Part shown: piece by piece, positions 10,380 to 22,347 of the stretch | Numbering within the stretch: position 1 is the stretch's first letter | Layout of the letters: each line of letters starts with the position of its first letter | Source: an uncultured Chloroflexia bacterium | Lineage (GTDB): Bacteria; Chloroflexota; Limnocylindria; Limnocylindrales; CSP1-4 | NCBI GenBank assembly: GCA_963749705.1 | Contig: CAVVNQ010000007.1 | Location: 160,001 to 224,000, forward strand | DNA: 64,000 bases | Direction: 5' to 3' | The notes under the pieces: generated by a model | What the model was told of the DNA's origin: nothing | What the model saw: only the letters and a program-made list of their open reading frames with translations | Database searches by the model: none | Position numbers and translations under genes: made by a program

Positions 10380-10571
10380 GGGAGCGAGGGTCCTTTCGTT
10401 CAGACGCCGGCGAGGCCGTCGTCGGGGGGACGCAGCGGCCGCGTGGGCGGGGGGCGGCCAGCCCCGTGATCAGGGCTGAGGATGGCCGTCATCGAGGGCG
10501 GTCGTCAAGCGTGGCGGGCTCCGCGTCCGCCGCCTCGATCGACGTCCGATGGCGCGCCCGGGCTCCGGCCG

Positions 10572-13086
10572 TTAGCCGTGCAGCCGCTCGTTGCCCGGGT
10601 CGAACAGGGGCGTCGCGCCCGCGACGGCGACGGTCACCGGGTAGCGCTCGCCCATGTACTGCACGGCGAGCCTGGTGCCCCTGACCGCGAGCTCCACCGG
10701 CAGGTAGGCCATCAGCAGGTGCCTGCCGACCGACGGCCCGGCGCCCGCGCTGGTCACGTACGAGCGGCGGCCGCGGGCGTCGGTGATCGGCCGGCCATCG
10801 GGCGTCAGGATGGGCTCGCGGCCGAGCATGTAGCGCCGGGTGCCGTCGCTCGAGGTGTGGTCGTCGACGGTCAGCGTGCACAGCAGCGAGACGGGTGGCT
10901 CGGCGCGCTGCCGGAGGTACGCCTCCCGGCCCACGAACTCGGCGCGCTTCACGCTGGGACGGGCGAGGCCGGCCTCGACCAGCGTGTGGTCCAGATCGAG
11001 CTCCGCGCCATACGCGCGATAGCCCTTCTCGAGCCGCGCGCTGGAGAAGATCACCGACATCCCGGCGGCGATCGCCCCCAACGGCCGGCCGGCGGCCCAC
11101 AGCGTGTCCCACAGGTGGCCGCCCAGCTCGATCGGCGCGAACAGCTCCCAGCCCAGCTCGCCGACGTACGACAGCCGGTTGGCGAGGACGGCGACGCCGT
11201 CGATGTCGAGCGGCCGGCAGGTGGCGAACGGGAACGCCTCGTTGGACAGGTCGGCGCGGGTCACCGTCGACAGGATGTCGCGCGCGCGAGGCCCCCACAG
11301 CCCGATCGTGGTCCAGGCCGACGTCACGTCGGTGAGCTGCGCGGTCCCGTCGTCCGGGAGGTGGTCGGTGAACCACTTCTTGTCGCGCATGCCCATGCCG
11401 CCGCCGGTCACGACCCGGTACAGGTCGCGCCCCACGTGCATGACCGTGAGGTCCGCGACGATCCCGCCGTTGTCGTCGAGCAGCGGCGTGTAGACGGTCC
11501 GGCCGATCGGCGCCTCGATCCGGTTGACGCACAGGCGCTCCAGGAACGCGAGCGCTCCGGGTCCGCTGATGTCGAACATCGCGAACGTGGTGAGGTCGAT
11601 GAGCGCGGCACGGTCGCGCATCGCGAGATGCTCGGCGGCGGTGATCGGCGACCACCAGCGCGCGTCCCATTCGGCCGGCCGATCCGTCACCCGGTCGCCG
11701 TACTCGGCGACGAGCGGCGCATTGGAGGCGTACCACATCGGGCACTCCCAGCCGGCGACCTCGAACATCACCGCGTCCAGCGCCAGCTCGCGGTCGTACA
11801 TCGGGGGCACCCGGATGCCGCGGTCCGAGGCCCACTGCTCTGACGGGTGGACGATGCCGTAGAACTTGTTGAACGCCTCGTTGACGCGTGCCGTGGCGTG
11901 GGCCCACGTCCGCTGATGCGGGTAGAAGCGGGCGATGTCGGCGGCGTGGAGGTCGATCTGGAGCGGCAGGCCGCTCATCCGCCGGGCGATGTTCTCGGTG
12001 ATCGCGGGCGCCTCCTTGATCCACACCGCGGCCACCGACCACAGGCCCGGCCACCTCGGGCGACTCGCCCAGGACCGGGCTCCAGTCGGGCGTCACCGAG
12101 AGCAGCCCGTTGATCGCGTACTGCTCGCCGACCCGCTCGTCGCCCAGGATCTCGGGGATCAGCTCCAGCGCGTCCTCGTACTGCGGCTCGAAGTCCTCCT
12201 TGGTGAACGGCAGCTCGGTGGGCGACAGGACCGAGTCCTCGATCGACGGGATCTCGTCGGGGTGGAGGAGGATCGGCCGGTGGGCGTAGGAGCCGATCTC
12301 GAGCTGGCTGCCGTTCGGCCGCTCGTACATCAGGCTGTCCATGTCGCGCAGGATCGGGTAGGCCTGCTCTCCGCGAACATCGGCGAACCGCGGCACCGGG
12401 CCGACGCTGACGAACTGGTGGACGGTGGGGACGAGCGGGATGTGGGCGCCGGCCATCGCCGCGATCCGGGGGCTCCACACGCCGCACGCGACGACGATCG
12501 TGTCGGTCTCGATCGTTCCGGCGGTGGTCCGCACGGCCGCGACCCGGCCGTCGACGACGTCGATGCCGGTGACCTCGGTGCGGGCCATGAGCGACAGGGC
12601 GCCCATGTCCACGGCCGCCTCGCGCATCAGCGTGCCGGCGCGGACGGAGTCCACGACCCCCGCGCTGGGCGTGTACCAGCCGCCCAGGATCACGGTCTCG
12701 TCGAGGTAGGGGACGATCTCCCTGACCTCGGCCGGGGTCTTCAGCTCGGACTCGATGCCCCACGACGTGGCGAGGCCCTGGCGGCGCGCCAGCTCGGCCA
12801 TCCGCTCCGGCGTCCGGGCGACCTCCATGCCGCCGCACCGGGTGAACACGCCCAGCTCGGTGAACTGGCGGATCGACTCGACCGTGAGCGCCAATTCCTC
12901 TTTGGTGCCGTCGACCGGGAAGCAGAAGTTCGACGCATGCCCGGTGGATCCGCCCGGGTTCGGCAGCGGGCCCTTGTCCACCAGGACCATGTCGCGCCAG
13001 CCGAGCCTCGCGAGGTGCCAGGCCATGGCATTGCCGACGATCCCGGCGCCGATGATCACGGCCCTCGCGCGCGTGGTGCTGTCCAT
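10572..13086 (-). CDS. GcvT-family FAD oxidoreductase (dimethylglycine oxidase-like), frameshifted at ~12047
   Basis: GAGIVG, GSTGHASNF, SYVGELGWE, RLEKGYR. The two halves are joined by removing one C from the CCC run at 12046-12048. Confidence 0.88.
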
Positions 13087-13259
13087 CCGTCGCCTGCCCT
13101 CGTCGACCCCGGGTCCGGGCCGCCCGATGCTCACGCCGCCGCCGGCGTCCGCCGACTGGCCCCGGGGACCTACAGTATGGAGACCCTGCCGCCCGGGCCC
13201 GCCGTCCCATCCGACCCGCAGGAGAGGGGACCTACGTCATCGGTGCAAGGGTGTCTGCC

Positions 13260-14498
13260 ATGAAGGTCGCCGTCATCGGAACCGGGATCATCGGGTTGGC
13301 GACGGCGTACAGCCTCGCGAAGCGCGGTGCCGAGGTGGTGCTCGTCGGCGACCGCGCGCCGGGCAGCGGCGCGTCGAGCAACAACGCGGGCTGGGTGGTC
13401 CCGGCCGAGAGCGGCCCGGTGCCGGCGCCCGGCGTCGTGCTCCAGACGATGCGCTGGATGCTCCGGGCCGACAGCCCCGTCTACGTCCGACCCGAGGCCA
13501 GCCCCGGCTTCGTCCGGTTCATGGCCGGGATGCTCCGCGCGTGCAACGCGACGGCGTACCGGCGCGCGTTCGAGGCGACCACCCGGCTTGCCGCGGGAAC
13601 GATGGACGAGCTCGACGCATGGGCCGCGGACGGCCTGGCGTTCGAGCTGCACGCGGACGGCGAGGTGCGCGCCTACCTCGACCCGGCCGAGCACCGCGCG
13701 GCAGCCGCGGACCTGGCGCCGTACGAGCGGGCGGGGTTCGAGCCGGCGTCGCTGACCGGCGACGAGGCCCGGGCGACGGTCCCCGAGCTGTCCGATGCGG
13801 TGGTCGGGGCGATCCGCTTCCCGAACGAGCGCCATGTCCGCCCGGCCACGGTGGTGACCGCGCTGGTCGCGCGGCTCGAGGCGCTGGGCGCCGAGTGGGT
13901 GGACGGGGCGGTCACCGCGGCCTGGGCGCTGCCGTCGGGTGGGGCGGAGCTCCGGGGCGCGTTCGGCTCGGTGGTCGCGGATGCCGTGGTCATCGCCGCC
14001 GGCGCCTGGAGCGCCCGCGTGGCCCGGATGTTCGGCGTCCGGCTGCCGATCCGCCCGGGCAAGGGCTACAGCGTCGACTTCGTGCCGGCGCAGGTCGCGA
14101 TGCGGCCCGTGGTCATGCTCTCCGAGGCCCACTGTGCCGTGACCCCGCTCGACGGCGCGACCCGGGTGGCGGGGACCATGGAGTTCGGCGGTCTCGACGA
14201 GCGGATCTCCCCGGTCCGCCTGTCCGCGATCCGACGCGCCCCGGGTCGGTATTTCCGGTCCTGGGATCCCGATGCCCCGTCGCTCGAACCGAGCGCCGGG
14301 CTGCGACCCATGACCCCCGACGGCATCCCGGTCATCGGGCGGCTGCGGCCGTACGAGCACGTGTACGTCGCGAGCGGGCACGCGATGCTCGGCCTCACCC
14401 TTGCCCCGCGAACCGGGACCACGCTCGCGTCGATGATCCTCGACGGCACGGAGCCGGACGTGCTCGCCCCGTTCAGCCCGCGACGGTTCGGCGCCTGA
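13260..14498 (+). CDS. D-amino acid dehydrogenase-like FAD oxidoreductase (DadA family)
   Basis: VIGTGIIG, ASSNNAG, PGKGYS, VAGTMEF, GLRPMTPDGIPVIG, GHAMLGLTL. Confidence 0.88.
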   Translation: MKVAVIGTGIIGLATAYSLAKRGAEVVLVGDRAPGSGASSNNAGWVVPAESGPVPAPGVVLQTMRWMLRADSPVYVRPEASPGFVRFMAGMLRACNATAYRRAFEATTRLAAGTMDELDAWAADGLAFELHADGEVRAYLDPAEHRAAAADLAPYERAGFEPASLTGDEARATVPELSDAVVGAIRFPNERHVRPATVVTALVARLEALGAEWVDGAVTAAWALPSGGAELRGAFGSVVADAVVIAAGAWSARVARMFGVRLPIRPGKGYSVDFVPAQVAMRPVVMLSEAHCAVTPLDGATRVAGTMEFGGLDERISPVRLSAIRRAPGRYFRSWDPDAPSLEPSAGLRPMTPDGIPVIGRLRPYEHVYVASGHAMLGLTLAPRTGTTLASMILDGTEPDVLAPFSPRRFGA

Positions 14499-14511
14499 GG
14501 GGCGCCGAGGG

Positions 14512-16942
14512 CTATCCGCGCATCCGCGATCCGTCGGGGTCGTACACCGGGGACTCGATCACCGCACCCGGGCGCCGGACGCCGAGGATCTCGATCTCCA
14601 GCGGCGTCCCGGGTGAGGCCAGCTCGACCGGGAGGTAGGCGAGGCCCAGGGTCATGCCCACGGCATGGCCGGGGGCGGCCGCCCGCAGGTAGTCGACCAG
14701 CCGCCCGTCGGAGAGGACCGGCTCGCCGCCTCGCGGGAACAGGTCGTCGGACGGCTCGAGGTCGGTCCGGACCGTGACCAGGCGGCGGCGAATGCCCTCG
14801 GCCTGCTGGCGCAGCAGCGCGTCACGCCCGATGAACTCGCCCTTGTCGAGCGCGACGAACCGCTCCAGGCCTGCCTCGAGCGGCGTGTACAGCGCCGAGA
14901 TGTCCGCGCCCCACAGCCGGTAGCCCTTCTCGAGCCGCAGCGAGTCGAGCGCCAGGTACCCGATGTCGGCCAGGCCGTGCGCCTCGCCGGCCGCGAGCAG
15001 CAGGTCGTACAGGGTCCGCGAATCCTCGATCGGGTGGTGGAGCTCCCAGCCCAGCTCGCCCGTGTACGTGACGCGGAGCGCCCGCACCGGCACCGGGCCG
15101 AGGTGGATGTCGCGCACGGCCATGAACGGGAAGCCCGCGTTCGAGAGGTCGTCGTCGGTCACGGCCGCGAGGACGTCGCGCGCGCGCGGTCCCGCGATCG
15201 CGAGCACGCCCCAGGCCGCGGTGACGTTCTCCAGGACCACCGAACCGTCGTCCGGCGCATGCCGCGACGATCCAGTCCAGGTCGTGGGTCTCCGTCCCGG
15301 CTGCCGTGATGAGGTAGAACCGGTCCTCGGCCAGCCGCGACACCGTGACGTCGCACCAGATCCCGCCGGCGGGCGTGAGCATCTGGACCAGCGCAGCCCG
15401 GCCCACCCGCGGCAGCCGGTTGGCGCCGAGTCGATCGAGCAGCGCGGCCGCGCCCGGTCCCCGGACCTCGTACTTCGCGAAGCTGGTCATGTCCAGCAGC
15501 CCGGCTCGCTCCCGGACCGCCGCGCATTCGGCCACCTGGTACGGCAGCCAGTCGGGGCGGTGGTACGTCGGCCGATCGCCGGTCGGCTGACCCTCGGGCA
15601 CGAAGTACAGCGGACGCTCCCAGCCGTTGCGGGCGCCCATCACCGCGCCGCGCGCCAGCAGGCGGTCGTACAGCGGGTCCGTCTTGAGCGGCCGGCCGGC
15701 GGGGAGCTCCTCGAACGGGTAGGGGATCGCGTACTCACGTTCGTAGACCTCGCGGGCGCGATCGATCACGAACGGCAGCGCGCTCGCATACGGCCCGAAC
15801 CGGGCGACGTCCAGCTCCCACAGGTTGTCGACCGGCTGCCCGTCGATGATCCATGCCGCCGCGTTGTACCCGGCGCCGCCGCTCTGCACGATCCCGTAGC
15901 TGAACCCGGTGAGCGCGAAGAGGTTGCGCAGGCCGGGCACCCAGCCCATCAGCGCGTTGCCGTCCGGCGTGTAGCTGGTGGGGCCGTTGAGCAGCTGCTT
16001 CATGCCGGCCGTCTGCAGCACCGGCAGCCGATGCTGGGCGAGGTCGAGCACGTCGCCGACCTGCTCGAAGTCCGGCGCCAGCAGCTGCTGGCCGAACTCC
16101 CGCGGGATCCCCCGCGCAGCCCACGGCTTCGGGTCGTGCTCATAGGGCCCGACGATCAGGCCGCTGGCCTCCTCGCGGACGTAGAACGACGCCTCCGTGT
16201 CCCGGACGACGGGCATCTCCGCGTGCTCGGCGAGGAGCTCCGGCACGGCGTCGGTGATCAGGTACTGGTGCTCCATGGGCACGATGGGCAGCTCCACCCC
16301 GGCCAGCTGGCCGATCTCGCGGCCCCAGATCCCGCCGGCATTGACCACGATCCCGGCCCGGATCGTCCCGCGCGGCGTGACCACGTCCCATTCGCCGCCC
16401 GGCTGCGGCCGCAGCTCCGTGACCGGCGTCTCGAGCTCGATCTCGGCGCCCAGGTCGCGGGCGCCCCTGGCCATCGCCCGGGTGATGCTGCTGGGGTCGA
16501 CGTACCCGTCCGTCGGGGTCCAGGCACCGGCGATCACGCCGTCCACGTTGACCAGCGGCGCGCGACGGGCGATCTCCGCGGGCCCGATGAGCTCGTACGG
16601 CAGCCCGACGATCTTGGCCAGGCCCGCCTGGTCGCGGTACTGGTCCATCCGCTCCTGGGTCGTGGCCAGCCGGATGCTGCCGACGCCGTGGAAGTCGACG
16701 GTCTGGCCGGTATCCGCCTCCAGTCGACGGAACAGGTCGACGCCGTACATCAGCAGCGACGTCACGTTGATGCTGGCGTTGAACTGCGTGCACAGGCCCG
16801 CGGCGTGCCACGTCGAGCCCGCGGTGAGGTCGTGCTTCTCGAGCAGGACGGTGTCCGTCCAGCCACGCTTCGCAAGGTGATAGAGGAGGCTGCAGCCGAC
16901 GGCCCCGCCACCGATCACCACGACCCGCGCGTGTGTCCTCAT
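14512..16942 (-). CDS. GcvT-family dimethylglycine/sarcosine dehydrogenase-like protein, frameshifted at ~15265
   Basis: VIGGGAVG, TAGSTWHAAG, NGPTSYTPDG, TYTGELGWE, SLRLEKGYR; RBS GGAGG; one extra base near 15264-15267. Confidence 0.88.
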
Positions 16943-17001
16943 CGACCCGCCTCCATCCGTGCCGGGGTGTGCCTCGTCGTCGGTCGGCGCCCGTCCCCGC
17001 C

Positions 17002-17020
17002 ATTGTAATAATATGGTGCT
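17002..17020. promoter_or_regulatory. Back-to-back -10 elements (TACAAT on minus; TAATAT on plus, leaderless for TetR)
   Basis: AT-rich CATTGTAATAATATGG; TAATAT lies 6 nt before ATG 17021. Confidence 0.55.
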
Positions 17021-17686
17021 ATGAGCGTCAGCAGCGTCGACCCGGCGACCCGCCGCGCGACCGTGGGCGCCGGGCGGAGCGCCGAGCACCGCGAACGCCA
17101 GCGCGAGCGGATCCTCGCCGCCGCCGAGCACCTCCTCGTGGACAGCGGCGTCGAGCGGATGCGCCTGCGCGACGTCGCGGAGGCCGCGGGCGTGTCCATC
17201 GGGACCGTCCAGCACTACTTCGACACCCGGGACCGGCTGGTCGCCGAGCTGTTCGACTGGTCGGGCCGCCGCCGCCTGGAGGCCTGGACCTCGATGGAGC
17301 CCGGTGACGTGGACCCCTGGCGCCGGATCGAGACCCTGCTCGCCCACGCGCTCGCCGAGCCGCTCCTGCGGCGGAGCCGGATCTGGGTGGAGTTCCTTGC
17401 GATGGCCCGCGACGAGGGGCTGCGGGCCGAGCTCGCCGGCTTCTACGAGGCGTGGCGGCGCCCGTTCCGCGAGGCGATCGAGCAGGGGATCGCCGGCGGG
17501 CTGTTCCGCCCGGCGCTGTCCACCGAGCGCCTCGTGGACCTGCTGATCATGGGCGTGGACGGGGCGGAGGTCGCGACCGTCCTCGCGGCACCGGGGACCT
17601 CACGCGACCGGCTGCTGTCGTCGCTCGTGGACGCGGCGCGCACGCTCCTCGGCGTCGGACCAGATCCCGGCGAACCGCCGGCCTGA
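17021..17686 (+). CDS. TetR family regulator (BetI-like)
   Basis: RERILAAA…LRDVAEAAGVSIGTVQHYFDTRDRL HTH; WVEF C-terminal domain; located between betaine-pathway genes. Confidence 0.9.
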   Translation: MSVSSVDPATRRATVGAGRSAEHRERQRERILAAAEHLLVDSGVERMRLRDVAEAAGVSIGTVQHYFDTRDRLVAELFDWSGRRRLEAWTSMEPGDVDPWRRIETLLAHALAEPLLRRSRIWVEFLAMARDEGLRAELAGFYEAWRRPFREAIEQGIAGGLFRPALSTERLVDLLIMGVDGAEVATVLAAPGTSRDRLLSSLVDAARTLLGVGPDPGEPPA

Positions 17687-17721
17687 CGGCGGCGCTCCAG
17701 CACACGAGAGGTGTGGACCCG

Positions 17722-20199
17722 ATGACGAACGCCACCCCGGCCGCGCCCGATGCGGCGCCGTTCCCTTCCCAGGCCCGCGTCGTCGTCATCGGCGGCGGGA
17801 TCGTGGGCGCGAGCGTGCTGTACCACCTGACCGAGCGGGGCTGGACCGACGTGGTCCTGCTCGAGCGCAAGACGCTCACCTCCGGCACGACCTGGCATGC
17901 CGCCGGCCTGGTGGGCCAGCTCCGGGCGACGTACAACATGAGCCTGCTCGCGAGCTATGCGAAGGACCTGTTCCGCGAGCTCGAGCGGCGCACCGGCGAC
18001 GGCACCGGCTTCGAGCAGCACGGGTCGCTGCTGATCGCGTCGACACCCGGTCGCTGGGAGGAGATCCGGCGCGGCGCGTCGATGGGCCACCTCATCGGCG
18101 TCGACCTCGAGCTCGTGGACCGCGAGCGGGTCGGCGAGATGTGGCCGCTCCTCGACACCACCGACATCCTGGGCGCCGCCTTCATCCCGGGCGACGGGAT
18201 GGCGAACCCCACCGACGTCACCCAGGCGCTGGCCAAGGCCGCGCGCATGGCCGGCGCACGCGTGTTCGAGCAGACGAAGGTGACCGGCGTGCTCCGTCGG
18301 GACGGCCGCGTCAGCGGCGTGTCCACCGAGCGTGGTGACATCGCCTGCGAGTACATCGTGAACTGCACCGGCATGTGGGCGCGTGAGCTGGCGGGCCGCA
18401 GCGACGTCGTCGTCCCGCTCCATGCGGCCGAGCACTTCTACCTGATCACGGAGCCGGTCGAGGGGCTCACCCCGGACCTGCCGGTCCTGCGCATGCCCGA
18501 CGACGCGACCTACGCCCGCAACGAGGCGGGCAAGCTGATGGTCGGGTTCTTCGAGCCCGGCGCCAAGCCGTGGGCGACGGACGGCATCCCGGAGGACGCC
18601 GAGTTCCTCACCCTGCCCGAGGACTGGGACCACCTCGAGCCGTGGATCCTGCGCGCGACGAAGCGCCTGCCGGTGTTCGGGCAGGTCGGAATCCAGCTGT
18701 TCTTCAACGGACCCGAGAGCTTCACGCCGGACGACCGGTACGTCCTGGGCGAGGCGCCGACGCTGGGCGGCTACTTCGTCGCCGCCGGGTTCAACTCCGT
18801 GGGCTTCGCGTCGGGCGGCGGCGCCGGGCGCGCGGTTGCCGACTGGGTCGTGGACGGCCACGCGCCGATGGACCTGTGGGAGGTGGACATCCGGCGGTTC
18901 ATGCCGTTCCAGCGCAACCGCCGCTACCTCTACCAGCGCACGACCGAGACCCTGGGGCTGCTGTACGAGATGCACTGGCCGTTCCGCCAGATGGAGACCT
19001 CGCGAGGCGTCCGCCGATCGCCGCTCCACGACCGGCTCGCCGCGCGCGGCGCGTGCTTCGGCGAGGTGTCCGGCTGGGAGCGCGCGAACTGGTACGCCCC
19101 CGAGGGCGTCGAGCCGCGCTACGAGTACTCGTACGGGCGCCAGAACTGGTTCCCGTACTCGGCCGAGGAGCACCGCGCCGTCCGCGAGGCGGTCGGGCTG
19201 TTCGACCAGACGTCGTTCGGCAAGATCCTGGTCCAGGGCCGGGACGCGGAGCGGGAGCTCAACCGGGTGTGCGCGGGGGACGTCGCGGTCGAGCCCGGGC
19301 GGCTGGTCTACACGCCGTGGCTCAACGAGCGCGGCGGGATCGAGTCGGACGTCACGATCACGCGGCTCGCCGACGACCGGTTCATGGTCGTCACGACCGG
19401 CACCTCGACGATGCGCGACCTCGACTGGCTGCGCCGGACGATGGATCCCGAGGCACGGGTCGCGGTCACCGACGTGACCTCCGCCGAGACGGTGATCAGC
19501 GTGATGGGCCCACGCTCACGCGAGCTGCTCGCCTCGCTCTCGGACGCGGACCTGTCCAACGCGGCGTTCCCGTTCGGGACCGCGCGCGAGATCGACCTCG
19601 GCTTCGCCTACGCGCGGGCGGCGCGGGTGACGTACGTGGGCGAGCTCGGCTGGGAGCTGTACGTGCCGATGGAGTACGCGACCCACGTGTACGACACCAT
19701 CGTGGCCGCCGGCGATGGCTTCGGCCTGCGCCATGCCGGCTACCACGCGCTCGACTCGCTGCGGATCGAGAAGGCGTACCGCCACTGGGGCCACGACATC
19801 GGCATCGAGGACACGCCGCTCCAGGGCGGCCTGGGGTTCACGGTCGCGTGGGACAAGCCGGGCGGCTTCATCGGCCGCGAGGCGCTGCTCCGGCAACGGG
19901 CGGAAGGGATCCGGCGCCGGCTCGCGGTCGTGATCCTCGACGATCCCGAGCCGCTGCTGTACCACGACGAGCCGATCTGGCGCGATGGCCGGATCGTCGG
20001 GCGGATCACGTCGGCCGCATTCGGGCACACCATCGGCCGCTCGATCGGGCTCGGCTATGTCACCCGCGACGACGGGCCGGTGACCTCTGACTGGCTGACG
20101 GCAGGCCGGATCGAGGTCGAGGTTGCGCTGGAGCGGCTGCCGGCGACGGCCTCGCTCCGCGCCCCATACGACCCGACGAACGGCCGGATCCGGAGCTGA
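17722..20199 (+). CDS. GcvT-family sarcosine/dimethylglycine dehydrogenase-like protein (intact)
   Basis: VIGGGIVG, TSGTTWHAAG, NGPESFTPD, TYVGELGWE, SLRIEKAYR; RBS GAGAGG. Confidence 0.92.
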   Translation: MTNATPAAPDAAPFPSQARVVVIGGGIVGASVLYHLTERGWTDVVLLERKTLTSGTTWHAAGLVGQLRATYNMSLLASYAKDLFRELERRTGDGTGFEQHGSLLIASTPGRWEEIRRGASMGHLIGVDLELVDRERVGEMWPLLDTTDILGAAFIPGDGMANPTDVTQALAKAARMAGARVFEQTKVTGVLRRDGRVSGVSTERGDIACEYIVNCTGMWARELAGRSDVVVPLHAAEHFYLITEPVEGLTPDLPVLRMPDDATYARNEAGKLMVGFFEPGAKPWATDGIPEDAEFLTLPEDWDHLEPWILRATKRLPVFGQVGIQLFFNGPESFTPDDRYVLGEAPTLGGYFVAAGFNSVGFASGGGAGRAVADWVVDGHAPMDLWEVDIRRFMPFQRNRRYLYQRTTETLGLLYEMHWPFRQMETSRGVRRSPLHDRLAARGACFGEVSGWERANWYAPEGVEPRYEYSYGRQNWFPYSAEEHRAVREAVGLFDQTSFGKILVQGRDAERELNRVCAGDVAVEPGRLVYTPWLNERGGIESDVTITRLADDRFMVVTTGTSTMRDLDWLRRTMDPEARVAVTDVTSAETVISVMGPRSRELLASLSDADLSNAAFPFGTAREIDLGFAYARAARVTYVGELGWELYVPMEYATHVYDTIVAAGDGFGLRHAGYHALDSLRIEKAYRHWGHDIGIEDTPLQGGLGFTVAWDKPGGFIGREALLRQRAEGIRRRLAVVILDDPEPLLYHDEPIWRDGRIVGRITSAAFGHTIGRSIGLGYVTRDDGPVTSDWLTAGRIEVEVALERLPATASLRAPYDPTNGRIRS

Positions 20200-20221
20200 C
20201 CGCCGGGACCGCGCGGCGCCC

Positions 20222-21277
20222 TCAGGCGACCGGCGTGGTCTCCACCGGCGCCGGCGACGCGGGCTCCCCCTGGCCACCGCCGCCGCGCCGGTCGAACCAT
20301 TGCCCGACCCAGCGGACGAAACCGGCGAAGCCCGACGGGTAGAAGACCATGACCGCGATCAGCAGCAGGCCGTAGAGGGCGAGCTCGAGGCCCGGCAGGC
20401 TCGCGAGCTGCGCCTGAAGGAGCCCGGTGGCGACCATCAGCGGGAACGCGATGATGGCGGGGCCCCACAGCGAACCGCGACCGCCGATGTACGCGACGGC
20501 GAGGATCTCCACGGTGTGGTTGGTCGCCAGGAGGTCCGGCGTCAGGATCCCGTAGAAGTGGGCGTAGAACCCGCCCAGCAGGCCGGCGAACGCGCACGAC
20601 AGGGTGAAGTTGATGACCAGGAAGCGGGTCGGGTTGATGCCCGACGCCCTCGCCGCGGCCAGGTTCTGGCCGATCGCCCGGAACGCGAGGCCGAGCCGCG
20701 AGCGGATCACCACCATGAGCACGATCAGGGTGAAGAACAGGATGCCCAGGATGAGGTAGTAGTAGGGGAGGTTGTCGGAGGTGTCGAGCGCGAGCGGCAC
20801 GCTGAGGCCGAGCGAGCCGCGCGTGAGGTCCGTCGCGTTGCGCACGAGCCCCATCAGGGCCAGGCCCACGAACCACGCCATGACCGCCGCGTAGATGCCG
20901 CGCAGGCGCAGCGTCAGCATGCCGGTGAGGAGGCCGACGAAGCCGGCCACGAAGGCGCCGCAGACCATCCCGATCCAGGGCGAGATCCCCATGTCGGTGG
21001 CGAGCAGGCCGGAGGTGTAGGCACCCAGGCCGATGAACGCGGCGAAGCCGAAGTTCACGATGTCGATGTACCCGGCCGTGAAGTCGAACGCCACGGCGTA
21101 GGCGGCCATCAGGGCCCCGGTCACGAGGAAGCGTTGGTAGTCCTGGCCGTTGAACGGCGGGATCCACGGCAGGACCAGCGCGAGGGCCACCATGGCACCC
21201 GCGAAGATGATCCGGCGCCGGGCGGGCCCCGACCGCGGGTTCCGGGTCGTTGTGGTTGCGTCGGCTGTGGCGCTCAC
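20222..21277 (-). CDS. LIV-type ABC transporter permease (LivM-like)
   Basis: GYIDIVNFGFAAFIGLGAY, LRLRGIY, GLAFRAIGQN, IGGRGSLWGP; GTG start overlaps the upstream TAG. Confidence 0.9.
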   Translation of the reverse strand: MSATADATTTTRNPRSGPARRRIIFAGAMVALALVLPWIPPFNGQDYQRFLVTGALMAAYAVAFDFTAGYIDIVNFGFAAFIGLGAYTSGLLATDMGISPWIGMVCGAFVAGFVGLLTGMLTLRLRGIYAAVMAWFVGLALMGLVRNATDLTRGSLGLSVPLALDTSDNLPYYYLILGILFFTLIVLMVVIRSRLGLAFRAIGQNLAAARASGINPTRFLVINFTLSCAFAGLLGGFYAHFYGILTPDLLATNHTVEILAVAYIGGRGSLWGPAIIAFPLMVATGLLQAQLASLPGLELALYGLLLIAVMVFYPSGFAGFVRWVGQWFDRRGGGGQGEPASPAPVETTPVA

Positions 21278-22338
21278 TACTGCTCCCAAACGCCTTTCAC
21301 CTCGCTGCCGAACAGCCCCGATGGCCGGAACAGCAGGATCAGGATGATGAACACGGTCGGCAGGACCTCCACCCACTCCAGGCCGACGTAGTACACCGTC
21401 ACGGTCTGGAGCAGGGACACGATGAAGGCGCCGATGATGGCGCCCGGGATGTTCCCGAGGCCGGCCAGGATGACCACGTACCAGGCGAGGTAGAGCGGCT
21501 GCTGGCCCACGTCGGGCGATGACGGATAGAGGAACAGCAGCGAGGCACCCGCGAGCGCGGCGAGCCCACACGACAGGCCCATCGTCAGCACGAAGATCCG
21601 GTTGAGGCTGATGCCCGCCATCTGGGCGCCGGCCTCGTCCTGGGCGACCGCGCGCATGGCGCGCCCGGTCCTGGTCCGGAGCAGGAATGCCGAGAACAGC
21701 AGGATCGTGATCATTGCGATCACGAACACGGCCGCCCGGTCCATGGACACCGGGACCCCCAGGAACTCGAGCGGATGCACGTCCCAGTAGCGCGAGGCGC
21801 CGCGGAAGTCGTTGCCGAAGATCAGCCGGTCGCCGTTGATCAGGACGATCGAGATGCCCGCGGTCAGGAGGAACGTGTTGATCACCCACTGGTCGCGGCT
21901 TCGCTTGCGCAGCGGCCGGAACAGGAGCACCTCGAGCAGGGCGCCGACGGCGAACCCGACGACCGCGGCCACGATCATGCCCGGGATCGGCGCGATGATC
22001 TTGAGCAGGCCCGTGCCGGCCGGGTCGTTGAGCATCGCGTCCTGGATCGGCGAGAACACGAAGAACGCCGTCAGCGAGCCGATCATGAAGAACTCGCCGT
22101 GCGCGAAGTTGGGGATGTTCATCACCCCGAACACGAGCGCAAGACCGGCGGCCATCAGTGCCCACATGCCGCCCGTGACGAGGGTGTCGACCACGATCGA
22201 CGGCTGGACGAACAGGAAGGCGACCAGGACCAGGGCGGCGAACCCGACCGTGGCCCAGGTGAAGGTCAGGAAGCGTTGGAACAGCGGCACCCGGCGCAGG
22301 TTGCTCGGGGCGGGGGCGGCCGCGTTGGTCGTCGTCAT
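21277..22338 (-). CDS. LIV-type ABC transporter permease (LivH-like)
   Basis: GLALVFGVMNIPNFAHGEF, GRAMRAVAQD, LAGLGNIPG, RPSGLFG. Confidence 0.92.
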   Translation of the reverse strand: MTTTNAAAPAPSNLRRVPLFQRFLTFTWATVGFAALVLVAFLFVQPSIVVDTLVTGGMWALMAAGLALVFGVMNIPNFAHGEFFMIGSLTAFFVFSPIQDAMLNDPAGTGLLKIIAPIPGMIVAAVVGFAVGALLEVLLFRPLRKRSRDQWVINTFLLTAGISIVLINGDRLIFGNDFRGASRYWDVHPLEFLGVPVSMDRAAVFVIAMITILLFSAFLLRTRTGRAMRAVAQDEAGAQMAGISLNRIFVLTMGLSCGLAALAGASLLFLYPSSPDVGQQPLYLAWYVVILAGLGNIPGAIIGAFIVSLLQTVTVYYVGLEWVEVLPTVFIILILLFRPSGLFGSEVKGVWEQ

Positions 22339-22347
22339 CGGTCTCCC